Source of the DNA: Adineta vaga
Lineage: Eukaryota > Animalia > Rotifera
NCBI GenBank assembly: GCA_021613535.1
Contig: CP075492.1
Coordinates: 5,704,001 to 5,768,000 of the forward strand
DNA length: 64,000 bases
Direction of reading: 5' to 3'
Positions 17,069 through 29,308 of this stretch are shown here, piece after piece. The notes under the pieces are model-generated. The model was not told the origin of the DNA. It worked only from the letters and a program-made list of their open reading frames with translations, and made no database searches. The translations under genes and the position numbers were made by a program. Every line of letters starts with the position of its first letter. The stretch's first letter is position 1.

Positions 17069-18366
17069 AGTTTTTCAATGAATTCCAATATTCAATTGAT
17101 GTTTGGCGAATGATATGTTCTATCATCATTATTTGATTGCCTATTTATACATGTATAGCGGACGAGAGATACGGCATCGGGCAAAGAAAAAACAAAGAAA
17201 TACAGAATAAACAATACAATGTGGAGAATATGTGAATGTGCTGTTATCCAATGGGTTAGCTCGATAAAGATATGAGATTGCTTTTTTGAAATAAAATAAT
17301 GAATAATAGATAGCACATTGTTTGAAAAGTGTAGCAATTCTTTATTGACAATTATGTAATAAACAACATCGTTTCTCTTATGACAATCAAAGATATATTC
17401 AAATTTATCATTTGTTGGTCTTCTGAAAAAGCAATTTTCTAAAGTAGTTGCGTTATTCATTGTAATGATATTTTGTATTATTAGATGCTGCTCCAAATAT
17501 AGTGAGACGATGAACTAGTTAACCGGTCGAAGTTAGAACCATTGCATTAAGTATATCATTAATATAATTACAATTTCTTTTAGTTGAGCTAAATACTTGA
17601 GTATTTATATGTTTGTTCATTTAATGACGTCGGAGATGAAAATGCTGTCGATATGATACTATTAGTTTAATTAAACATACTGACGATAGTAGCAACACTA
17701 AAAGTCAAATTCAACATTAATAAGGAAGTACTTGGACCAGAATTAAATTAATTCCGAAGCATGCAGTAATTGTCATTTGGAAGGATACTTGCACATGATA
17801 TCGTTGCGTTAGTGCATGTATAAAAGTTATATCATGTTCGATAGTTTAGAATAAAAAATTCTAATGTAAATGAACGTAATTTAAATGAAATATATGATTT
17901 AGTAAGAACTTGTGAATCGCTTGAGATATAATTGATTTATGAACTAACCTATTGATTAGCATAAGTTGATGGAATAGTATGACTTAACGAATGAATATCT
18001 AGAGAATTGATGGTGAAATTAGCAAATAAATAGAATACTATTCATGATAGGGTAATATTTGTGCTTGTCATTGTCTGTATTATTCGCAACATTGGATAAT
18101 AATTCGATCAGTGAGTAAGATGAATCTTTTTGTAGCAATAAAGAAGCATTCAAAGAAAAAAGCCTCGACACTGAAGTGTTTTGTTTACATTGGAAATGTT
18201 TGTTTTTCCTTCTCTTCAGAAAGTTGTGTAATTCTCTTTTCTTGTTATCAAAAATTCTCTACATTAATCAATAAAATCATATATAAAATAGAATATTATC
18301 TTCTTATCTATTCTCTCTTTGAAACTTAAAGTTGGATAAGATAAATATTTTCTTTCATTTCACATA

Positions 18367-19074
18367 ATGTCTCTATCAATTCAAAAAAATTTGAGTATGT
18401 TCTTTTATTTGTTCATTAGTTTTATACTATTCAATTCAGTTTCATGACAAATAACTTGCTATAATTGTTCGTCTGCAACTTTCACAGATGACGACATAAT
18501 CACTTCGGAAAATATCCCAGAAAACTTGTATAATTGTTCAATTAGAACCAATCGAGAATTATGTACTAACTATTACAGTCATATGGGATTTAACTACAAA
18601 TAAAAGTACTACTTATTTTTTATGAAATGCTAAAAAGGTGAATGCCCCTTCAACTAAACATCGACTTGGTGTTTTTATCGATTTATACAACATTCAGTAC
18701 ACTAATCATTGTAATAACATATATGTATTCAAACGCTTATTGTAATCATTAACACCATTTGATACACATAGATGTTAGTTTTTTTTCGAAATCAAACAGA
18801 TAAGATTTGTTCAATATCGACTGTGTCTGATCGAAATGAATGTAAACGATTTGTATCACAATCTTACAATCAAATAACAGCAAAGAAAAGTTGTGCAGGT
18901 TGTGTAAAAGTTTTTCCTGATGTTCAGATGTTGGGACGTGAAATAGAATATAATATGAATGATCGAACACATGCTGATCTTTCAACTATTAATTGTCAAG
19001 CAAAAAATTGTAATGAAGTTCAAATTGGTATACTTATTCAAGAAAAATTTATGATACATTTTGATTTATTATAA
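18367..19074 (+). pseudogene. Decayed secreted Cys-rich (Ly6/three-finger-like) gene
   Basis: MSLSIQKNLSMFFYLFISFILFNSVS*QITCYNC.. with in-frame TGA at 18445-18447, frameshift near 18568, further stops; 3' part ends CQAKNCN. Confidence 0.6.
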
Positions 19075-19322
19075 ATCAGTGAAATAAATTGAACATCAGT
19101 TTTATCCGAATGAATAATATAATACTTATTGCAGGTACTAAACTTGTATGAATAAAAAGGAATAAAATTTCTCAAGATAAAACAGACAAACAAAGAAGTG
19201 CAATGCTTTATTGGCATATTTTATATGTTGATAAAAAAAATATAGAACTTCTAGGATGATTCTATCGTTTTTACAGATTAGAAAAGTTATAAAAATGTAA
19301 ATACGAAAGAGAAAGTAGATGT

Positions 19323-20621
19323 TTATCTTTTAGATGCTTGTTGATATTGTTCGAAGATTTTCATTAGTACATCTACATTTATAATCATACTTTTATCTAG
19401 TACGACAATGCGATCACTTTTAGCTATTGTGTTCAATCGATGTGCAATTGTCAATACAGTTCGATTTTGAAATTTCTTTCCAATTATTTCTTGTACAATT
19501 TCATCGGTCTTTTGGTCGACATTTGATGTTGTTTCATCAATTAATAAAATTTTACTTTTCTTCAAAATAACACGAGCAATACAGATCAATTGACATTGAC
19601 CAACACTTAAATTACAGCCCGCTTCTTCGATTAACATCTCTAGACCAGATGGATTTTGACTAACAAATTCTTTCAATTGTACATCATCCAATGCCATCCA
19701 ATATTGATCATCAAAATAAAACTTAAATGGATCGAGATTATATCGAAGTGTTCCAGTGAATAAAATTGGTTGCTGTGGAATAATAATTACTAAGATGGGA
19801 TCGAAGATGACCAAGTTCTGTTCGACTAATATCAACATCATCGATCAAAATGACATCATCAATATTAGATCGATGAACAAAACGAAAAAGACCTTTGAAA
19901 AGTTAAGATTTACCAGCACCAGTGCGACCGATGATTCCTATTTTCTCGTTTGATTCAATATAGAGATTAAGATTGTTGAGAACTGTTTTGAGACCTGATC
20001 GATGACGAAGTGAATAGTTTTGAAAATGAATTGAGCCACGAGTTGGCCATTCAGATGATGTTTTTAATAATTGTTGATCACCACCATCATCTTCAAATGA
20101 TAAACAACATACGAATAGAAAAACAAATATCAGATAATAATACAAAAATCCTGTATATACTAAAACAACACCTGCAATATCCGGTGGTAAACCATATTGA
20201 TAATCAAAAATGACCAAGATTTAAGGCGCCTTAAATACAAAGTAAATAGTTGATATTGATAATAATTGTATAATCACTTTTCGATGTCGTCGCCAATTGA
20301 TATTTTGCTGAAATCGACGTTTTTGTTGATGAAAGTTAAGATTTCTTATTCCTAATACTATGTGATCGAACACACAAGGTATATGAATACTACGGGGTAA
20401 GAATGCTTTAAATGAATGATAACAAAGTAGATGAGATAATAAACAATGATGATGATGATGATGATCGATAAATAATGAGTAGTCGATGTATATCCAAAAT
20501 TAATAGAAAATATTTGATCTAAATCAAGGTGTGCCATTGTAACTATTGTAAAGAATCCATGGAATATTTGTTGTTTCATAGAAGAGATCAGGTAAAAGTA
20601 AAAGTAAAATAATGATAACAT
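19323..20621 (-). pseudogene. ABCC4/MRP-type ABC transporter pseudogene (NBD2 plus scraps of TM region)
   Basis: EWPTRGSIHFQNYSLRHR..KIGIIGRTGAGKS then TAA (19903-19905) right after Walker A, frameshift before IIPQQPILFTGTLRYNLDPF, NLSVGQCQL, LLIDETTSNVD, TIAHRL; most of the transporter is missing; 5' limit approximate. Confidence 0.85.
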
Positions 20622-22449
20622 GATTATTTAAAGCACAATAGAGTGTTGGATCAGAAAGAAGAGAGAATATGTTCGATGTAACAAGATAAGCGAGAAATCA
20701 AACTAAATGTACTATAGACTGAATTGATTGAGCATGAGCAGCATCAATTGGTGTTGTTGTATTTAAGTTCATGATGATATTCGAAATTATTCTCTTCAAG
20801 ACAAGTGAAGAATTTGAGTATTTTAATAATGAGAATTGAAAATGAATTCCTATGATGATAAAAATAGAATTAATAGAATAGAAATATTACACCGAGATTG
20901 TGTATATGTAATTTGTTTTTTTTTCTTCACTTTGGAATGCTTGATTGATTTACTTTGTATATAAAGCATATTCTAAGATAAATTTTGTTTCTAAGAAACA
21001 AAGTAGATGTTGTTTATTCAACTTCTGTCAGGCTTATCGGATGATGATGCAATCTTGTAACGCATCGACCTATAAAAGCTACATTGGAAGAAGAATATTC
21101 ATCAAAATTCGAAAATAGTGAATATGAATTTATTCGTTTTTTATGTCTTAGTTATTCCATTCATACATAGTCAACAGATTTTACAAAAGACACCCGAGAG
21201 CGTCGTTGATCCTAAACAAGATTATTGGAATATCAAGTGTATATTTTAGAAAACAAAATCTTTTTACTTCTTAATTGTTTTTTTTCTTCAGCGAATCGAG
21301 TACTAAATCGACCATCACTCCCGGACATCTAGTCGAAGAAGTAATCGACTGCACAACATCAAATTGAATTTTATACCTCGAGAAACAGCTTATTTTTTGG
21401 ACTAATCCTACATTAAACTGAACTGAGGATGTGCTATTCTCAGACGCACGTGATAATTCAATAGAAAGACATGGAACAACGTTTTGGCGTTGTAGCGTTG
21501 TTATACCATGTCCTTTATCCCACAATTAGAAGTATATAGCAGAACTATATTCTCCTACGTTTTTGTGTATTTGTAACTCTGATAATTTATTAAACAATCC
21601 ATAATCATTCATGAGCTTTCTGTTTTTGTTATATTATTCGTGATTATGTAATAAAAATTGTTGAAAAAATAAACGTTTACGATAATCTAATTCCTTTGCC
21701 ACTAAACAACATCCATTGTTATGAGTAATTGTCAACTTGTGATTATCGTAGTTTCTTCTGTTTCCGATAAACTCGACATGAAAGTCGATGAATACGAATC
21801 TGGTGATACTGTTGAGATGCTCTTCTGTTTCTTTCTTGCCGCATAAATTGAAATAACAGTTCCTACTACGATTAGAATAATGAGAATAATAAAATATATC
21901 ATACAAATTAGTTTTCGTTTTCCAATGCGTGCAAATCTAAAACTAAAAGATCTTTTTTGTTATTTAGTTTTATCTCACATAATATTCATACATAGTATTC
22001 GATTGAGGAGATGATGTTTGCGTTGAAGTTGGTGTTGCTGTTTGTAACTGAAACAATGAAAAACGAACAGCTAGATGAATATAGATTCATTTCCAATGGC
22101 AATCAATTACACGATATATTCCTATCCTACTTTGCTCCATTGTTCATAGTTTTTCTTTCACTCTATTAAGAAATATCTACAAGAGAATGTTGTGAAAAAC
22201 ATATTTTTCAGTTGAAATTGATGTTGTTTTAGGGTATTTTTTTATCAAATTCACAAATTCTTTTCTATACTTTTACTAAATAGTGGAAACATATGTCCAT
22301 GGAAATCGTCGTTTCCTTTTTCTTAGAGTTCTGTTCGTAAAGTCAGTCATCGATTAAAATAAAAACAATATTTGTTTTTCTTTTTATTCTTGATTAAAAG
22401 AACCAAAACAGTTATGACAATCATGACTAATAGACTTAGTTTTGTTTTT

Positions 22450-25407
22450 CTATTGTTGCATATTATTAAGTTCTTTGTGTATTGCCAGAAGAAGATGTTT
22501 CATTTCAGTAATGAATTGATCTCGAAAATCTTCTATATAATTTTGATTCGTAGTATATTGACCGATTGGAAAGCGTAACATTTTACCATTCATCGGACTA
22601 CCAATTGATAATGTTATAACATTTCCATTATCATTAACACTTGCTAAACATACAATAATAATTGAATAATAAACAAACGTATTCTGATTGATGGTATGAT
22701 AGGAAAGAACATCAGAATTTTGACGTTCCTTATTGATATCATGTGAATTATTTAACCAAACACAATCACCAGAAAACCAAGAATATTGTTTATGAAAAAG
22801 TTTGAACACATGTTTTGCATCATGAAATGCATACTGATGCTTTTGCAAAGACATCTTGATGAGTAGAAGATCTTTCTGAAAGTTTAGTTACTGATGCATT
22901 TTTAGAAATCGTCAGCATTCGTTCAGAAATATCTTCAATTGAAAGTATATCTGTACTCGATGGTGATAAAAGTTCACAGATAGATTCTAGACGAATTTGT
23001 AAATCATCGATCGACCATGGTTGATAATCAGGATAACCGAAAGCAACATTGAATGTATCATAGAGATATTTTTTGATTTGTTCGATATTTACTAATTTCT
23101 GTTTCTTGAATCCTAATAATGAATAAAAATATTTCCAGAAGATTGTATTTTCATATTCACACTTACTTGCTATTTTATTGTCTAGCGATAACCGAGCTTC
23201 ATCTTGTTGATGTGGAAGAGTGTTATTATCATTATCATGTTCTGGAACGATTTGTGTTATTAACCAAAACAGTATAGCACAAATATTAGTGACATCCATT
23301 GATGCGAGATATTGCATCCCTTTTGCATCAGTATGATTTGGTTGATACCAATCTTGTTTCGATTGAGAATTGATACAATTATTTGTTTCTAATTTAATGA
23401 AGACTTGCGAAAAACTGATTAATGTTAATTTAGCTTGTTTGATCGACGTTTTACTAGGATCCCATTCAATCATAATATGTTTTGGTTGTAAATTTCTATG
23501 AAATACATCATGAGAATGAAGACGTTTAACAATCTTTAATAGTTGTTGAACTAATTCAACAGATTGTAATAGATCTATAGAATGATTATCTTTTCGTTGG
23601 ATAAATTTTGCAAGTGATAATCCCGGCACACGTTCCATTATCATCCAAGAACTTGTACTATTTGATGAATGTTCAATTAATTGAGGTATGTTTTCCATAT
23701 CTAAACAAGATTTCGTAATATTGATAAATTCTTTCATTTGAATGATATTTTACCCTTTAGAATTGTTAATGCTGTTATTTCATTGCTCGTTTTGCAGTTT
23801 TTAAAAACAGCTAAATGTCTTCGATTTATTCGTTCGCATTTGCGTATTAATAACACGTGTTCACCTTCATCTGCTTTTTTCGTCACTTCCCATTGTAGAC
23901 GTAATGCAAAAGTAGGTAACTCCACTAAAATAAAAGTAAATTCAACAATATATTCTAACAACATTGAAATTAATTCAACTTACATTTCAATGAGTCAATT
24001 CGTTCATCGAATGCTATGATACCAGAATCAAAACTATTTCTTGAACAAGATGAATCTCGTGTATGAGTTATCGTATAAGTCAATGGTTGATGAGAATGAA
24101 CGGAAAATGAATTATTCAGTTCTAACTGACATTGTAATCTATGGCCGCCATTAATTTCACATTCATGCCATTTTTGAAATAAACGTTTTGCTAATTTGAT
24201 ACTTTTCAGCTTGATTATATAACCAATTCGATTGGTATGTGAATAAATATAACATTTATCTACTGTATAATCTAATAGAGAAGCTAATAATTGTGAAGTT
24301 AATTCGGTTTGAAAGCCCATGATTTTGATTCGATATGAATCTTTCGATTCAATCATTGTTTGTTTTACATTTCTTGCATGACCATACGAACAATTATCTT
24401 CTCGACATGTTTGATATTCTGAACATTTGATATGCTGCCAATCACAATTGTCAACACCGGCAGAACAATCACCTATTTGAAAGAATTTACACAAATCTGT
24501 TGTATCTTTTTCAACACAACAGTTTAGACTTAAATTATCAATTGATTTTCTATTCCATTGGTAAATAAAATTCTCAGCAGTCCGTTCATCATAGATATCA
24601 ATCAACCAACATTCAGTTGATATATCTTGATAATGCGTTGGTTTCATAAGTATACTACATAATGGCCAATCGTCGAATAATTCTGATAAACGATAAGCAT
24701 CGTATGTTATTGGAATATTGGTTATATGAATACGATATTTTGTTTTCAATGAGTTTTGAGTAGATGTTTGAATTCTTTCTGTCAATTTGGGATAATCACG
24801 ATCACCTTTTCTAATTTCTATATGAATTGAATTGATACAATGTGGTTTATTTAGTAAAGCTTTATCAACTGAATCATAGCTATATGAACAACAAAAACAA
24901 ATGGGAAAGTTCGATTTTGATTTTAATAAACTTACTCAATGAAATTAATTCGATAAGAACTATTTCTTTTAATCGTATAACTATTCATCACTGTTCCATA
25001 GAGATTTTCAAAATATCTTTGTATATCTTCTTTCTTTAATTCATCATTACTACTTTCGACAATTAAATTTGTCACACCTTTGTTCGCCTTCAAAGATCCT
25101 TGATCAGGTACAGATCGATAAACTTCCACGATGAAACCATCTATCTGATGAGGACGGCTTTTCATTAGTTTATCCACATCACTTTCATTATAAAATTTAA
25201 CAAGACCTTAAAGTTTATTTTTACCTAAAAGAAAAAAACCCATTCGTATTTTTTTTCTATATATATAAACTCCTTACCGGATTCCATTGGCACTTTGCAT
25301 GATTGTACTCGATATTCTTTCGATAAATAACTTTTTAATGATATTTCAGTTGTATTTGGATTTAGTTTTTCGAAGAATACTCTTCCTTTATCAGTTTTTC
25401 GGTGCAT
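22450..25407 (-). CDS. Multi-exon RRM-RRM-RRM-CCCH-CCCH-RRM-pseudokinase protein; apparent +1 frameshift near 22831
   Basis: hnRNP A1-like RRMs (RPHQIDGFIVEVYRSVP; YDSVDKALLNKPHCIN..EIRK), CKFFQIGDCSAGVDNCDWQH and CSEYQTCREDNCSYGH fingers, kinase fold WMIMERVPGLSL..VFHRNLQPKHIMI..LISFSQ; ORFs joined by short GT-AG introns. Confidence 0.78.
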
Positions 25408-26001
25408 TTAATTATATTTATTCTAAAGTAAGAAGAAAATAGATCTCTTATCATTACAAAGAAGAATCTAATCGAACTCACTGCGAGTTGAATGTAGACT
25501 GTTGAGAAAGAATCTGAAGACAATAACTCAGTTTATATACAATAGAAATACCCAGACGCTCGGAAATTTCCATGTTGATTATACCGGAAGTTTAGAGAAG
25601 TATGATACAACTACATCTCGAATAATCGGGAACAAAAAGAATAGACACAGCTGTTACAACATTCGGTCTTTCACTCTTCGCGTAAATATAGAATAAACGC
25701 AAGTGTTACACTATACGACATTAACATCACCAGCATTAGTCATTGTTCTTTTTTCTCACATTTATTCTAATGATTTTCCAACATAAATCGATGGAAGACT
25801 GAATAAATGTATACTTCACAAGTAGAGAAAACTCTTACGATATAAATATAGAATTGAAATGCATGTGTTTTTATGAAAATAGCACGAGTAACTTTCGATT
25901 TATTCATTTATTTTGATGAATATTCAATTTAATAACGAACTACACAATGAAAGAAAAAGATTTTTGATTGGCGCATGTTTTGATATTGCGTATAATTGAA
26001 T

Positions 26002-26436
26002 TTAACATACAGCAGCTATGGGTACACATGAAATGACTGGACCACATGCAGTACAGCGGCGGCCTTTAGGACAGCCTCGTTTTGGACATTTGTTTGGTTT
26101 CTTATTAAAGTTGTTGAATCGCGGTTGACTTATTAATTTAATTGGTCCTGGCGTTGGATCAATATGGAAACCATGTCCACGATCAAGTTTCTCTTGTTTT
26201 GTCCCAAAACTGTTCTCTGACGATGGAAATTTATTGTTAAAAGTGATCTCCTGATGTGGATCTAAAGAAAAATATTGTTTTCATACTTCTTGATCAAAAT
26301 ATCAAAGATTTTTCCGTTATGAAAACATGCAAGTCATCATCTTTATTAAATTAGTAAAGATATACAAACCTGAGTCAGCCAAAATATTGTGCGTAATGAC
26401 AAGTAAACATACAGTAATGAAGGTTATTTTTGACAT
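26002..26436 (-). CDS. Small secreted prepropeptide (108 aa) with cationic 6-Cys C-terminal peptide; intron 26262..26369
   Basis: MSKITFITVCLLVITHNILADS|DPHQEIT..KKPNKCPKRGCPKGRRCTACGPVISCVPIAAVC*; phase-1 GT-AG intron keeps frame. Confidence 0.75.
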
Positions 26437-27558
26437 CGTATAATTTCAGTAATATACCAAATAAATGAATGTAAAAAGTAATGACCGCTATCGAATAAAT
26501 GTCGATGTAGTTTTTTTCGTGCTATTTATATGCTACGATAACGCTCAGGTCATTTTTCTCTCTTTCAGTAGATTCGATAGACGTATATATATATCTTTTC
26601 GTTGTTCAATGATTTCACTTTCGAATGGATGTGACCTTGATTTCTAATTTTCACGATTGTATTACGTAGTTAGACGACGAATGATCAGTAGTTTCATGTT
26701 AAATAGTCCAGAAGTAATAAGAAAAAAAAACACTATTCGATATGTAGATATGTTCCTACTGAACTCTATTCTTTTCTCTTTCACGAGAACGTCAGGTACA
26801 TATCATATATATGTATATTATCGTCCATATTTCTTTTATTGGTGATTGTTATTCGATTTGAAAATAAAGAAGAACTAATAGATAATGCTGAAAATGTCTA
26901 ACATTATCAGCGATATAGACACATAATAAGTTTTACATAAGTTTTCTTCTTATCGAAGAATAGAGAAATTGTTCAAGAACAAGTGCAAAGATTATCATTG
27001 TTACTAAATTGATAGCCTTATTTCTTAGAAAAGAAATATCAAGATACAATTTTCAAAATCAATAGTAGAGTAGATCAATAAACTAAAAATCTTGTTTATG
27101 ATTACAAATGAAAAGTAAATACTTTCGATTTCTTTCAACAAGCATGATTTTTATGATATATGACTAATATCATCAACAACATATCCAGTCGGCAAAAGAA
27201 AAAGACTATTGACACAGCAGGATCATAATCGCTTTAGCTAAAAGCGTATCTTAATTCCTTAAGTAAAATCACCACTTTTACTATAGTCTTTTCGAAATAT
27301 ATGATTTTCGTGATATTCTGGCTTATTGAATCAGTTTTTTTTTATAAAAATTGCATAAAAAAGAAAAATACATTATTATATCTTTCTAGTGAATAAAAGA
27401 AACGGAAGAAGAGAATAATAAAATCCATCACTGATATATGTCTATACATTCTATCCGATTCATTTTATATGTCATATTTAGATGAAAATTACTACATATC
27501 GTAGATTTCTTGCATTTGCATTTTCAGATCAATCGTTATTCGTATATTGAGTATTGCT

Positions 27559-28048
27559 ATGGGAAATTCAATTGGTGCAATCGATCCACAATTGATGAAT
27601 GATATTCAAGAGCATGCGAAAATAGTAGCGACTAAAATTCCATTAAACTATATCGTAAGTTATGATACAGTTTCAAAGTAAGACACTAGAATCTATTGTT
27701 TCTTTTGATCTGATTTAGAAAGAACGAAAAGATATTCTTAATAAAATGAAAAGTGTATCACCGAAACCGTATAAAAATCTATTATATTCTGAATATCCGG
27801 AAAAAAATCGTGCAAAAGTGAATACGTTAGCTCTTCATTATGCAACATCGGACACTTCGAAAAAGAATCTTTCACTCGAAGTCAATAAACAAATTCAACC
27901 GAAAGTTGAACAAGAACTAGTTGGAAAAAATTCTTTGGTACAAAAAGGTATAAAAAAAGCTGTGGAGATCGCCGTGGAACAAGCTATAAGTCGAGCTATT
28001 GATGCTGTTGTTAAAAATATCGATATCAATGATCCGAATACTGAATAA
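27559..28048 (+). CDS. Hypothetical small helical protein; intron 27655..27718
   Basis: MGNSIGAIDPQLMNDIQEHAK..LNYI|KERKDILNKMKSV..; GTAAGT donor and TTTAG acceptor in phase 0 join to ORF 27746..28048. Confidence 0.65.
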
Positions 28049-28167
28049 GAGAACAATTAAATTCATTTTATAATTATAAAATACACAACTAATTTATTTA
28101 ATGAAAGTATATCAATCAAGTAAAAGCTTACGTACGTTTTACTGTTTTTAAAATTGAATAGTTTGCT

Positions 28168-28923
28168 TCACGTAGTATCGTCCATTGATTGAAGACGTTT
28201 TTCGAGATCGTTAATACGCTTATTAGTTTTTTCAATTTCATTTTTCATTACATCTCGTCGGTTTGACGTCTTTTCAGAACGTTCAAACATTAATCTAGAC
28301 CAATTGAAATGTTGAAGAGCATCGTTGAGTTGTCCTTCGATGTCAAGTTTTTCTCCTTCAGCAAAAAACGTTTCACCAATATCGAGTACTACACGAGCTA
28401 GCAACTCATCTTCATGATCGTACATCAAAATGTGTTCAGAATAATCCAAAGCCTAATCATTAGTTGGTTCTTCGGCACCGGGAGTTGTTGTCATATTCAT
28501 ATTGCCACAGAAAACATAAATATTATGTTCACGGAGGAGTTTCAATTGAAATTTCGATACAAGTTGCGGTACTATGATTTTTCCCTTTGAGCCAGATGTA
28601 ATAAAGAAAAGATATTTATCTTGATTGTTTTTGATGGCTTCATAACATTTCGAAGGATCGTCAAAAGTTCGAAGAACAAACTGAACTCCATCGACTTTTA
28701 CAGGCATGACGTCATTCGAACAGATATTGTTATCGATGTCCTTGTTTTGAAGTTCTCTATCACAGTTAGTAGTTGGATCACTTATCATGAAAAATTCACG
28801 TTTTAAAAGAGCACATTGGTTTGATTTTCCAATATGTTTATCTAGCCAAATAATTAAATGATTTGGATTTATAGTACCATCTGTATTAGCAGGACGTACT
28901 ACGCGCATACCAGGTTCTTCCAT
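28168..28923 (-). pseudogene. Receiver(CheY)-like domain plus TPR-like helices, interrupted by one in-frame TAG (28453-28455)
   Basis: HLIIWLDKHIG..TFDDPSKC..FFITSGSKG..IVP..IYVFCGN..EPTND*ALDYSEHILMYDHEDELLAR; the two ORFs are in the same frame. Confidence 0.7.
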
Positions 28924-29308
28924 TAATAAATATGTATCGTTAGAAGAAATTGAAATTCTATTATTTATTGTTTTCGTAATACAGTTCTTGAGATTCGAGA
29001 GAAATTGTTACAAGTTGAAGAAAAACAAATATATGTTCGGTCGGTTTAATGTCTGAAATTGTATTTGTCGTGTAGAAGAAACGTCATCGACGAATCAAAA
29101 GAAAACATTACATAAAATATACTTTCAGTCGACTATATTTCTGTCCTCTTGTTTATTACGCACAACACAACATGTAGGAAGTAAAAGAAAAGAAAGATAT
29201 AATATGATTTTATTATCTTTAAAACCGAAAACGGTGTTTTTATCTTCTCTAATTCACTTAAATATTTCAGGCATCCGATACAAAAAAGAAACGTAATTGT
29301 TAAAACTT

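Noticed and set aside
16804-17496. ORFs 16804..17052(+) and 17092..17496(-)
   Set aside because: The first is antisense to the signal exon and intron of the 16260..17068 gene; the second has a non-ATG start and lies in that gene's upstream region with no motif
18445-18447. In-frame TGA as selenocysteine
   Set aside because: Lies at the signal-peptide boundary and is followed by frameshifts and more stops; no SECIS recognised
21040-21940. Degraded gene remnant (TM segment plus Ser/Thr stalk) under ORFs 21271..21525 and 21634..21906
   Set aside because: Probably a pseudogene fragment but family cannot be identified; too many lesions to call
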